Of a DNA stretch of 15,212 bases, positions 8,409-15,212 are shown piece by piece; position 1 is the stretch's first letter; each line of letters begins with the position of its first letter. The position numbers and the translations under genes were made by a program. Source of the stretch: Pseudomonadota bacterium (GTDB lineage: Bacteria; Myxococcota; JACRCW01; JAFGSX01); NCBI GenBank assembly GCA_043821645.1, contig JBDRCO010000006.1, positions 1-15,212 of the forward strand. Direction: 5' to 3'. The notes under the pieces were generated by a model. That model was not told where the DNA came from, made no database searches, and saw nothing but the letters and a program-made list of their open reading frames with translations.

Positions 8409-9035
8409 CTAGTCGTCGTGGGGCTCCGGCATGATGCCGTAGCGCACCGCGGGTGCCGGGTCAACGTCGACCGGTGGCTTGAAGCCGTAGCGAACGGCGG
8501 GGCCTGGATCCGTGTCGACGTGCGGCCGGATGCCATAGCGCATCACGATGGGCAGGTCGTCGTTGCTTGGCGGCATTATGCCGTAGCGCAAGGCGATCGC
8601 CGGGTCCTCGGGTGTGGGCGGCATGATGCCGTAGCGCATCGCGATGGGCGGGACACCGCTGTCGTCGATGGCCGCGGCCATGCGCATCTCCATCGCGAGC
8701 TGCACGGCCAGCTTGCCCGTGGTCGACATCTTGTCGATCTCGCTCTTGCTCAGGCCGTTGTTGTTGAGGTCGTACTGGTTGATGAGCTTGTCCTTGGCGT
8801 AGGCCACGGCCTTGTCGATGTCCTTCTTGGTGACCACTGCACCGGGAACGTGGTCGCGGTGGTCAATGAACTTGAAGAAGATGTCGACCAGGTTGCGCTC
8901 GGTGCCCTTGAGGTCCTGGAGCTTGGCCTTGATGTCCGCACGACTGACCCGACCGTCCGGGCCCGCGGCATCCTCGATCTGCTTGGCTGCTCTCATCAGG
9001 GCAGCGTTGACGTCCGAACGTGCGATGCGTGCCAT
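8409..9035 (-). CDS. Protein with an N-terminal helical/EF-hand-like domain and five C-terminal 16-aa RYG repeats; candidate RiPP-like precursor
   Basis: ATG 9035 preceded by GAGGAGGA; 208 aa. EF-hand-like loops AAGPDGRVSRADI and YDLNNNGLSKSEI. C-terminal repeats PIAMRYGIMP, AIALRYGIMP, PIVMRYGIRP, GPAVRYGFKP and APAVRYGIMP. The gene call is confident; the function is inference. Confidence 0.85.
   Translation of the reverse strand: MARIARSDVNAALMRAAKQIEDAAGPDGRVSRADIKAKLQDLKGTERNLVDIFFKFIDHRDHVPGAVVTKKDIDKAVAYAKDKLINQYDLNNNGLSKSEIDKMSTTGKLAVQLAMEMRMAAAIDDSGVPPIAMRYGIMPPTPEDPAIALRYGIMPPSNDDLPIVMRYGIRPHVDTDPGPAVRYGFKPPVDVDPAPAVRYGIMPEPHDD
8412..8655 (-). repeat. Five degenerate 48-bp tandem coding repeats
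   Basis: GCCRTAGCG (reverse complement of the Arg-Tyr-Gly codons) starts at 8436, 8484, 8532, 8580 and 8628, an exact 48-bp period. Confidence 0.95.
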
Positions 9036-9072
9036 AAAATCCTCCTCGACCCTCAAGTCGTTGTCGAACCTG

Positions 9073-9429
9073 TCAGAAACCGGCCAGGCGTATCCCCAGG
9101 GGACTGTCGCCCGGTGTCATCAGAAAGCCCAGGTGCTGCAGCAGGTCCGTATCGCCGTGGTAAACGATATCTCCCTTGCGCACCAGCTCGCGCGCTTTGC
9201 TCGACCCGCTGACGAAGCCCTCGAAGCCCTGCGCCGTGAACCAGACCTTGAGCTCGGCCCGGGCGTCAAAGCCCTCGGTCACAGGCGCGTCGAGGTCGCC
9301 CAGGTGCAAGGTCCACGCGCCAGCCCCCTTGACCTTGCAGGCGATGGTGCCTTGCATGAGCAGGAAGCGGTCGACGTCGCGTGCCACGACGGACGGGATC
9401 GCGACCTCAAAAAAACGTTCGGCATCCAT
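9073..9429 (-). CDS. SCP2 sterol/lipid-binding domain protein
   Basis: 118 aa from ATG 9429. Pattern GAGAWTLHL...VTEG...AELKVWFTAQGFEGFVSG...LVRKGDIVYHGDTDLLQHL matches the SCP2 fold layout. Confidence 0.7.
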   Translation of the reverse strand: MDAERFFEVAIPSVVARDVDRFLLMQGTIACKVKGAGAWTLHLGDLDAPVTEGFDARAELKVWFTAQGFEGFVSGSSKARELVRKGDIVYHGDTDLLQHLGFLMTPGDSPLGIRLAGF

Positions 9430-9547
9430 CCTTGAAACCCCGACCCTTTGCGGTGTCGCCGCAGGCAGGCATGGATAATACACGGGGTGCCCCAGGTTTG
9501 GCGAACAAGACCCTGGGAGGTTAAAAAATCAAGCGAAGACAAGAAGT

Positions 9548-10333
9548 TCAGCGTGCGGCCAGGTGTTGATCCGGGGCCAGAGCTGCTCCGTCGACGATGA
9601 TGGTTGCGTAGCCGGCAAACAGGGCGGCCGTGGTCTGGGATGGCTGGTCGCCCTCGCCCCGGCGCAGGTAGTGATTCACCCTGCGCCCACTGTCCGGATC
9701 GCGGACACGTTCTGGGTAGCGCAGGTTCATCCGGTAGCGCAGCACGCCCCGCGCAACCGTGTGCACGATGGTCACGGTCCCGTCGTCCTCGACGCGCTCG
9801 ACCACGGCGACGTGGGTCAGCATGTCGTCGCGGCGGCCATTGTGGTTGCGATCGTAGGTGTCGTGAAAGAATACCAGGTCGCCGACCTCGGGGCGTGCCA
9901 GCTTGTAGACCACACCGTGCTGGCGAGCGTAGCGGTAGATCGCACTCACACCGTTTTCGCCCTCTCGATTGTCGACATTCATGACGTCGATGCCCTGGGC
10001 CAGGTAGGCGGCGCGAGCCAGACCGGAGCAGTCGTAAGGCAAGGCCTTGCCATCGACCAGGATCTGGTGCTGGCCGACGTATCTGCGCGCGGCCTGGGCC
10101 ACACGCAGGCGCTGCGCCTGGCTCGCAGGGTCGTGGGCGCGCTGGTCAGGGTCGCCGTCGAAGTCTGGCTTGTGCACGCCAAGGAAGGGCACCAGGTGCG
10201 GGCCTCCCTCGCCGTCGCCGTTGCCGAGCATGGGGTGGTGCAGGCGCGAAGGTGCATGGGATGCCGTGCACCCCGAGGCGAGCACGGCGAGGCGGACCAC
10301 CAGCGAGACCAGGAAGAGCTGTCGGAGGCGCAT
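9548..10333 (-). CDS. NlpC/P60 (CHAP-like) cell-wall peptidase lipoprotein
   Basis: Catalytic YDCSGL, PEVGDLVFF and THVAVV. Start placed at ATG 10333 (GGAG upstream), giving signal peptide MRLRQLFLVSLVVRLAVLASG-C with a lipobox. Confidence 0.85.
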   Translation of the reverse strand: MRLRQLFLVSLVVRLAVLASGCTASHAPSRLHHPMLGNGDGEGGPHLVPFLGVHKPDFDGDPDQRAHDPASQAQRLRVAQAARRYVGQHQILVDGKALPYDCSGLARAAYLAQGIDVMNVDNREGENGVSAIYRYARQHGVVYKLARPEVGDLVFFHDTYDRNHNGRRDDMLTHVAVVERVEDDGTVTIVHTVARGVLRYRMNLRYPERVRDPDSGRRVNHYLRRGEGDQPSQTTAALFAGYATIIVDGAALAPDQHLAAR

Positions 10334-10623
10334 GCTTGGCTCCATCCGGGGCCGGCGCACGCCAGCCCCCTCCACCAGGGTACGGATGGCGCCGCCTGGG
10401 TCAAAAAATCGACCAAAAAAAGAGTGCGTCGGGTGCAGTAGCCGCCGACGTTGCAGCCTGGCCAGGTTCAAGACCGCGCGTGAACGTGTGGGATGCGCAG
10501 TGCACCGTGGGTGCGCGAACTCGATCTCGGATGATTGCTGCCGTCGAGATCCCGGACACTATCCGGAGAGTGGAGATGGGTGCTTGACTCCCCGTGTGAT
10601 TGGACTTTTTATACTGAGTAGCA

Positions 10624-10652
10624 TTGTCAGAATTTATTCTCTCCGCTAGCAT
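10624..10652 (+). promoter_or_regulatory. Candidate sigma70-type promoter of the cytochrome operon
   Basis: TTGTCA (10624-10629), a 17-bp spacer, then TAGCAT (10647-10652), inside an AT-rich patch about 75 bp upstream of ATG 10727. Confidence 0.5.
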
Positions 10653-10726
10653 GCAGGACTTGTTCGTCGGGGGATCCCACCATCCAGCGCGTACCGAGCG
10701 ACGCACGAGCGCGCACAGGGGAGAGC

Positions 10727-11908
10727 ATGCTGCAGCGCTTCGCACTGTTGATCGGCCTGTCTGTCGCCATGATGGCCTGTCCCAAGGCCAAGCCCGAACC
10801 CTCGCAGGCCGGGACCGTGACAGACTTCAGCGCGGGCAAGTTCTCGCGCAGCGCCGTGTGCAAGCAGTGTCACGTCGACATTTATCAGTTCTGGAGCGTG
10901 TCCGCGCACGCCACGTCCTACCGCAATCGTAACTTTCAGGTTGCGCAGCAGCAGTTCCGGCAAGGAGCGAAGCCTGAGGATGCCAACCTGTGCGTCAGCT
11001 GCCACGCACCCCTGATGCTGCATGCGGATTCGCAGACCGCGTACAAAGAATGGAAGCCCGTCTCGACCCTGGAGGACGAGGGTGTCGGGTGCGACTTCTG
11101 TCACTCGATCAAGGCTGTGGATCTGGCCTCAAGGACCTCGCCCTACACCCTGGAACCCGGCCCGATCAAGTTCGGCCCTGTTGCGGACGCGTCGGACCAG
11201 GAGCATGGCGTGGTGCACAGCGAGCTCTTCAGTCAGTCGACGATCTGCGCCGGCTGCCATGAGTACAAGAAGCCAGGCACCGGGCTCGCGATCATCTCGA
11301 CGTACAGCGAGTGGCAACAGACCGATCACGGCACGAAGGGCGAGCACTGCCAGAGTTGCCACATGAAGGTGGAACCCGGGAACATCGTCGACCCCAAGGT
11401 CAAGCGCAGCGACCGGCCCGTCAATGCCCACCGCATGCCCGGCAGCCACTCGCGGGCGCTCCTGCGCGAGGCGCTGCGCCTTCGCATCGACGACCTGAAG
11501 CAGAATGGAGACAGGGTCGAGGTGACCGTGGTGGTCGAGAACAAGGGCGGTGGCCACTCCATCCCCACCGGCATGCCCACGCGCAAGCTTGAACTGGAGG
11601 TCGAGGCGGCCACCCCCGCAGGTCTCTCCTACAAGGAGCGCCGCGTGTACCAGAAGGTCCTCGTCGACGACAAGGGCCTGAGCATCGTCGCCGACAGCGA
11701 GGCCTTCCTGAACGCCGTGGCGATCAAGACGGACAACCGTATCGCCGCAGGGGAGGAGCGTCGCGAGAGCTTCTCTTTCCCGGTGCCCCACACCGAACAG
11801 CTGACCGTGCGCGCGCACCTGATCTACAGCTACAGCCCGCAGCCCGACACCCTGCCCGAGGAGCGCCTCGGCGTGGTCAGCGTCGAGAAGTCCCTGGCGG
11901 CGCGCTGA
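10727..11908 (+). CDS. Pentaheme cytochrome c lipoprotein with C-terminal beta-rich domain
   Basis: Five CxxCH motifs (CKQCH, CVSCH, CDFCH, CAGCH, CQSCH), signal peptide ending VAMMA-C, GGHSIPTG motif. GGGGAG RBS. Confidence 0.9.
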   Translation: MLQRFALLIGLSVAMMACPKAKPEPSQAGTVTDFSAGKFSRSAVCKQCHVDIYQFWSVSAHATSYRNRNFQVAQQQFRQGAKPEDANLCVSCHAPLMLHADSQTAYKEWKPVSTLEDEGVGCDFCHSIKAVDLASRTSPYTLEPGPIKFGPVADASDQEHGVVHSELFSQSTICAGCHEYKKPGTGLAIISTYSEWQQTDHGTKGEHCQSCHMKVEPGNIVDPKVKRSDRPVNAHRMPGSHSRALLREALRLRIDDLKQNGDRVEVTVVVENKGGGHSIPTGMPTRKLELEVEAATPAGLSYKERRVYQKVLVDDKGLSIVADSEAFLNAVAIKTDNRIAAGEERRESFSFPVPHTEQLTVRAHLIYSYSPQPDTLPEERLGVVSVEKSLAAR

Positions 11909-11961
11909 GCGCGGCGCCATAGTGAGCGCGGCGCGGGGGGACCGCGCGCGAGGTCACCGAT

Positions 11962-12936
11962 ATGAAGCCAGCAGATCATGCACCGCCCCCGGATGGCGGT
12001 TCCGGGAACCGGCACGTCCGGATCGTGTTTGGCGTGCTCACCGTCGTCATCGTGGTGGTGGCCACGGCGCGCTGGATGGCAGTGCCGGCGACCTACGGCG
12101 AGTACGGGCACTTTCGCGGCGCGGCCCGCGAGGTGGTGATGAACGACCCGCAGCCGCTGCACCAGGGCCAGGACAAGTGCGGGGAGTGCCACGACGACGA
12201 GGCCGCGGTCCACGCCAAGGACGTCCACGGCACCGTGCAGTGCGAGACCTGCCACGGCCCGGGTGGCGCGCACGTGGCCGCGCAGAGTGGCGACGAGGCC
12301 ATCCGCAAGGACGGCCCGCCCATCCGCAAGCCAGACGGCGCGCTGGACTGCCTGACCTGCCACCGGCGGCTGGTGGCGCGACCCGCGGGCTTCCCGCAGA
12401 TCGACCAGACCGAGCACTTTGCGATGCTGCACGTGAACAAGCCCGAGACCCCGTGCAAGAGCTGCCACAGCCCGCACGAGCCGCTATTCGTCGACGGGAC
12501 GGTGGCCGGAGCGCGCCTGCACCCGGTGATCAACGAGTGCGTGGACTGCCACAAGCACGCACAGGATCCCAGGGCCGAGCGGCCTGCCGCGCACCCCGTG
12601 GTGTTCGAGTGCAGCTACTGTCACGGCGCCATCGCCCGCGATCAGGCGACGCGCACCCACAAGGACTTCCGCTGCGGCGTGTGCCACCAGGCCTACCCGG
12701 TGAGCGAGCGCGCCGCGCGCGTGCTCAAGCACCGCGACCCTCGCTTCTGCCTGCTGTGCCACAGCGGAGCGGAGTTCAAGGACGACAAGGCGCCGCCTGC
12801 CATCGCGTGGCCGCAGCACAAGGTCGACATGGTGGGCGAGGAGGCCGGTGACAAGGTCTGCGTCGACTGCCACCGCGAGGCCTTCCACCTGGCACCGGAC
12901 GCGCTGGCCAAGGCGGGGACAGGAGCGACGCCATGA
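11962..12936 (+). CDS. Membrane-anchored nonaheme cytochrome c
   Basis: Nine CxxCH motifs (CGECH, CETCH, CLTCH, CKSCH, CVDCH, CSYCH, CGVCH, CLLCH, CVDCH) and an N-terminal hydrophobic helix IVFGVLTVVIVVVATA. GAGGT RBS. Confidence 0.92.
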   Translation: MKPADHAPPPDGGSGNRHVRIVFGVLTVVIVVVATARWMAVPATYGEYGHFRGAAREVVMNDPQPLHQGQDKCGECHDDEAAVHAKDVHGTVQCETCHGPGGAHVAAQSGDEAIRKDGPPIRKPDGALDCLTCHRRLVARPAGFPQIDQTEHFAMLHVNKPETPCKSCHSPHEPLFVDGTVAGARLHPVINECVDCHKHAQDPRAERPAAHPVVFECSYCHGAIARDQATRTHKDFRCGVCHQAYPVSERAARVLKHRDPRFCLLCHSGAEFKDDKAPPAIAWPQHKVDMVGEEAGDKVCVDCHREAFHLAPDALAKAGTGATP

Positions 12937-13748
12937 CCAAGAAGAAGACCCACCCCGAGAACCTGGTGCGGCCGCCCACGTCGATGCTGCGGCGAGACTT
13001 CCTGGTCAAGAGCGCCGCAGCCGCCGGGGGCCTGCTGGTGTGGACCTTCCCGGGGCTGCGAGCCCGCGCCGAGGGCAGCACGGCACCGACCGAGGGCTAT
13101 GACTGGAATCAGCACTACTGGGGCTACGCCGTCGACACCACCAAGTGCGTCGGCTGCAACGCCTGCGCGCGCGCCTGCCGCGCCGAGAACGGGGTGCCGG
13201 CAGGCAACCACCGCACCTGGGTCGAGCGCTACGAGATCGACGACGCGGGCGAGGCCCACGTCGACGTGGCCAGTAACGTGCGGGTGACCTTCGACGGGGA
13301 TGAGCTGACCGCCGATCGCTCGGGCAAGGCGCCGCTTAAGGCTTTCTTTGTGCCAAAGCTCTGCAACCACTGCGAGAAGTCGGTGTGCACCCAGGTGTGC
13401 CCTGTGGGCGCGAGCTTCTCCACCAAGGACGGCGTGGTGATGGTGGATCCGGGCTACTGCATCGGCTGCGGTTACTGCGTGCAGGCCTGCCCCTATGGCT
13501 CGCGCTTCATGAACGCCGAAACCCACATGGCCGACAAGTGCACGCTGTGCTACCACCGCATCACCAAGGGGCTCAAGCCCGCCTGCGTGCAGAGCTGCCC
13601 GGTGGGCGCGCGCATCTTCGGCGACCTCAAGGATCCGCACAGCGACATCTCGCGGGTGCTCAAGGAGCGGCGCTACACGCTGCTCAAGCCTGAGATGGGA
13701 ACGCATCCCAAGTGCTACTACATCGGCCTCGACCAGGAGGTGATCTGA
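12933..13748 (+). CDS. NrfC/DmsB-type 4x[4Fe-4S] protein with Tat signal
   Basis: Twin-arginine LRRDFLV. Cys groups CVGCNACARAC, CNHCEKSVCTQVCP, CIGCGYCVQACP and KCTLC...PACVQSCP. ATGA overlap with the upstream gene. Confidence 0.93.
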   Translation: MTKKKTHPENLVRPPTSMLRRDFLVKSAAAAGGLLVWTFPGLRARAEGSTAPTEGYDWNQHYWGYAVDTTKCVGCNACARACRAENGVPAGNHRTWVERYEIDDAGEAHVDVASNVRVTFDGDELTADRSGKAPLKAFFVPKLCNHCEKSVCTQVCPVGASFSTKDGVVMVDPGYCIGCGYCVQACPYGSRFMNAETHMADKCTLCYHRITKGLKPACVQSCPVGARIFGDLKDPHSDISRVLKERRYTLLKPEMGTHPKCYYIGLDQEVI

Positions 13749-14905
13749 TGGAAGGCTTCGTCTTCCCCAACGAGCAGAACGTCACCTGGACGGTGATGAT
13801 CGTGCTCTATCCCTACATCACGGGCCTGGTCGCCGGCGCCTTCATCGTGTCGTCGCTGTACCATGTGTTCGGCGCCACCCAGATCAAGCCAGTGGCGCGC
13901 TTCTCGCTGGCCTCGGCTTTTGTGTTTTTGCTGTTCGCGACCCTGCCACTGCTGATCCACCTCGGGCAGCCGCAGCGCGCCTTCAACATCATGATCACGC
14001 CCAACTTCACATCGGCGATGGCGGGCTTTGGCTACATTTACAGCTCGTACCTCGTCGTCGTCGCGCTCGAGATCTGGTTCGTGATGCGTGAGGACTTCGT
14101 CAAGCGGGCGAGGGAGGGCAAGGGCCTCATCAGCCTGTTCTGTCGCGTCATCATGTTCAACCAGCTCGAGGTCAGCGACGAGACCCGGCGCATCGACCAC
14201 AAGATCATCAGCTTTCTGGCCGCCCTGGGCATACCCATGGCCTGCCTGCTGCACGGCTACGTGGGATTTCTCTTCGGCTCCCTCAAGGCCAACCCCTGGT
14301 GGTCGACGCCACTGATGTTCATCATCTTCCTGTTCTCGGCCATCGTCAGCGGCATCGCCGTGCTGATCTTTCACTACACCATCGTCAGCAGGATCAACGG
14401 CTGGATCGTCGACCGCGACTGCATTCGCGCCCTGGGTAAGTACCTGTGGGCCTTCATGATCGTCGCCGTCACCCTGGAGTTGCTGGAGGTGCTGTCCATC
14501 GCCTACAAGCAGACCGAGGAGTGGGAGGTGCTGGGCGAGTTGATCATGGGCAAGCTGTTCTACAGCTACGTCGTGTTCCAGTTCTTGATCTTCTCGCTGA
14601 TCCCATTCTTCCTGCTGGCCATCAATGCCATCTTCAAGATCAGCGATCGGACCTCGCACGTGATCGTGTTCATCAGCTCCACCATGCTGCTCATGCAGGT
14701 GCTTCTCATGCGCTGGAATGTGGTCATCGGCGGCCAGCTCGTTTCCAAGAGCATGCGCGGCTTCACCAGTTACGTCCCCGGCATCTGGGAGAAGGAGGGT
14801 CTGGTCACGGCCGCGGTGATCTTCACCGCTCCCTTCATGCTGCTGTGGGTGTTCAACAAGATCGTGCCGCTGTTTCCGGGGGTCGAGAAGAAGAGCCCTG
14901 CTTAG
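13748..14905 (+). CDS. NrfD/PsrC-family integral membrane quinol-interacting subunit
   Basis: ATG 13748 overlaps the upstream TGA, with AGGAGG RBS. Many TM helices; motifs YPYITGLVAG, HLGQPQRA, HGYVGFLF...ANPWWST and MRWNVVIGGQ. Confidence 0.92.
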   Translation: MEGFVFPNEQNVTWTVMIVLYPYITGLVAGAFIVSSLYHVFGATQIKPVARFSLASAFVFLLFATLPLLIHLGQPQRAFNIMITPNFTSAMAGFGYIYSSYLVVVALEIWFVMREDFVKRAREGKGLISLFCRVIMFNQLEVSDETRRIDHKIISFLAALGIPMACLLHGYVGFLFGSLKANPWWSTPLMFIIFLFSAIVSGIAVLIFHYTIVSRINGWIVDRDCIRALGKYLWAFMIVAVTLELLEVLSIAYKQTEEWEVLGELIMGKLFYSYVVFQFLIFSLIPFFLLAINAIFKISDRTSHVIVFISSTMLLMQVLLMRWNVVIGGQLVSKSMRGFTSYVPGIWEKEGLVTAAVIFTAPFMLLWVFNKIVPLFPGVEKKSPA

Positions 14906-14926
14906 GCTGTTTCTGCCTGCCGCTGT

Positions 14927-15030
14927 AGCGCAATGAGGCACAGTGAGCGCATTGAGGGGTAGAGCAGAAAGAGCATTGAGAGCAGTAAGGAACAGAGCAG
15001 AAAAGCAGAAAGAGCAGAAAAGCAGAAAGG
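14927..15030 (+). repeat. Purine-rich stuttered short tandem repeats (AGCAGAAA[G]-like, 8-9 bp)
   Basis: AGCAGAAAG AGCATTGAG AGCAGTAAG ... AGCAGAAA AGCAGAAAG AGCAGAAA AGCAGAAAG. Composition differs markedly from the rest of the window. Confidence 0.8.
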
Positions 15031-15095
15031 GACAGAGACCCAATTTGCCACTGCATTGGGTGCATTGGTGCATTGGGGACAGAGACCCAATTTGC
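15029..15095 (+). repeat. Two identical 20-bp direct repeats GGGACAGAGACCCAATTTGC (REP-like)
   Basis: Copies at 15029-15048 and 15076-15095. The 27-bp spacer is made mainly of TGCATTG(G) x3. A partial third CAATTTGC is at ~15108-15115. Confidence 0.8.
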
Positions 15096-15164
15096 ATCAC
15101 GCTGCCTCAATTTGCGACGCCCTACAGGGTGCAATCAGAAAAAAGTGAGGTAATTTCTGGTACC

Positions 15165-15192
15165 GGATGAAGGGGCCCAACTGGCCCCATCC
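15165..15192. other. GC-rich hairpin of unknown role
   Basis: GGAT-GAA-GGGGCC-CAACT-GGCCCC-ATCC inverted repeat with a bulge; no clear U tract. Confidence 0.35.
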
Positions 15193-15212
15193 TTGCTGTA
15201 CCCGCAGATATG

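Noticed and set aside
8412-8655. 48-bp periodic repeat as a possible CRISPR array
   Set aside because: Units are in frame in a CDS, conserved at the amino-acid level with synonymous variation, and the constant core is only about 9 bp. No cas genes are present.
7923-9212. 429-aa plus-strand ORF with HDAVAH-like repeats
   Set aside because: Its repeats are the reverse complement of the RYG repeats. The minus-strand genes have strong RBSs and better codon bias.
10584-10615. TTGACT...TATACT as a sigma70 promoter
   Set aside because: The spacer is 20 bp, too long. The 10624-10652 pair has the canonical 17 bp.
10727-11908. Pentaheme protein as NrfA nitrite reductase
   Set aside because: All five sites are CxxCH with no CxxCK, and the C-terminus is beta-rich rather than the long NrfA helices.
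15029-15095. Mini CRISPR array (20-bp repeat, 27-bp spacer)
   Set aside because: Only two short copies, the spacer is itself a micro-repeat, and there are no cas genes in view.
13718-15100. 460-aa minus-strand ORF and small ORFs over 14853-15170
   Set aside because: Antisense to the NrfD-like gene or translations of low-complexity repeats, with no supporting coding signal.

Overview
GC-rich bacterial chromosomal segment, probably Myxococcota/deltaproteobacterial (inferred from gene content and protein style, not proven). In order: (1) a minus-strand gene missing from the ORF track, starting at 1874 and running off the left edge, encoding a PLD(HxK)-2x ComEA-like helix-hairpin-helix-PLD(HxK) protein; (2) a minus-strand glycerolipid cluster: PlsB-like acyltransferase, GpsA-like dehydrogenase whose catalytic Lys appears replaced by Arg, and a DxDxT HAD phosphatase; (3) gltX and ndk; (4) four minus-strand genes: a 103-aa unknown, a protein with five exactly 16-aa-periodic RYG repeats, an SCP2-like protein and an NlpC/P60 lipoprotein; (5) a plus-strand respiratory operon (5-heme lipoprotein, 9-heme cytochrome, Tat-exported NrfC-like FeS protein, NrfD-like membrane anchor) with no catalytic subunit in view; (6) a lower-GC tail with stuttered short repeats and a duplicated 20-bp REP-like motif. 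The best novelty candidate is the 8409..9035 protein, whose tandem x-R-Y-G-x-x-P cores resemble radical-SAM splicease (XYG) substrates, although no maturase is encoded in the window.
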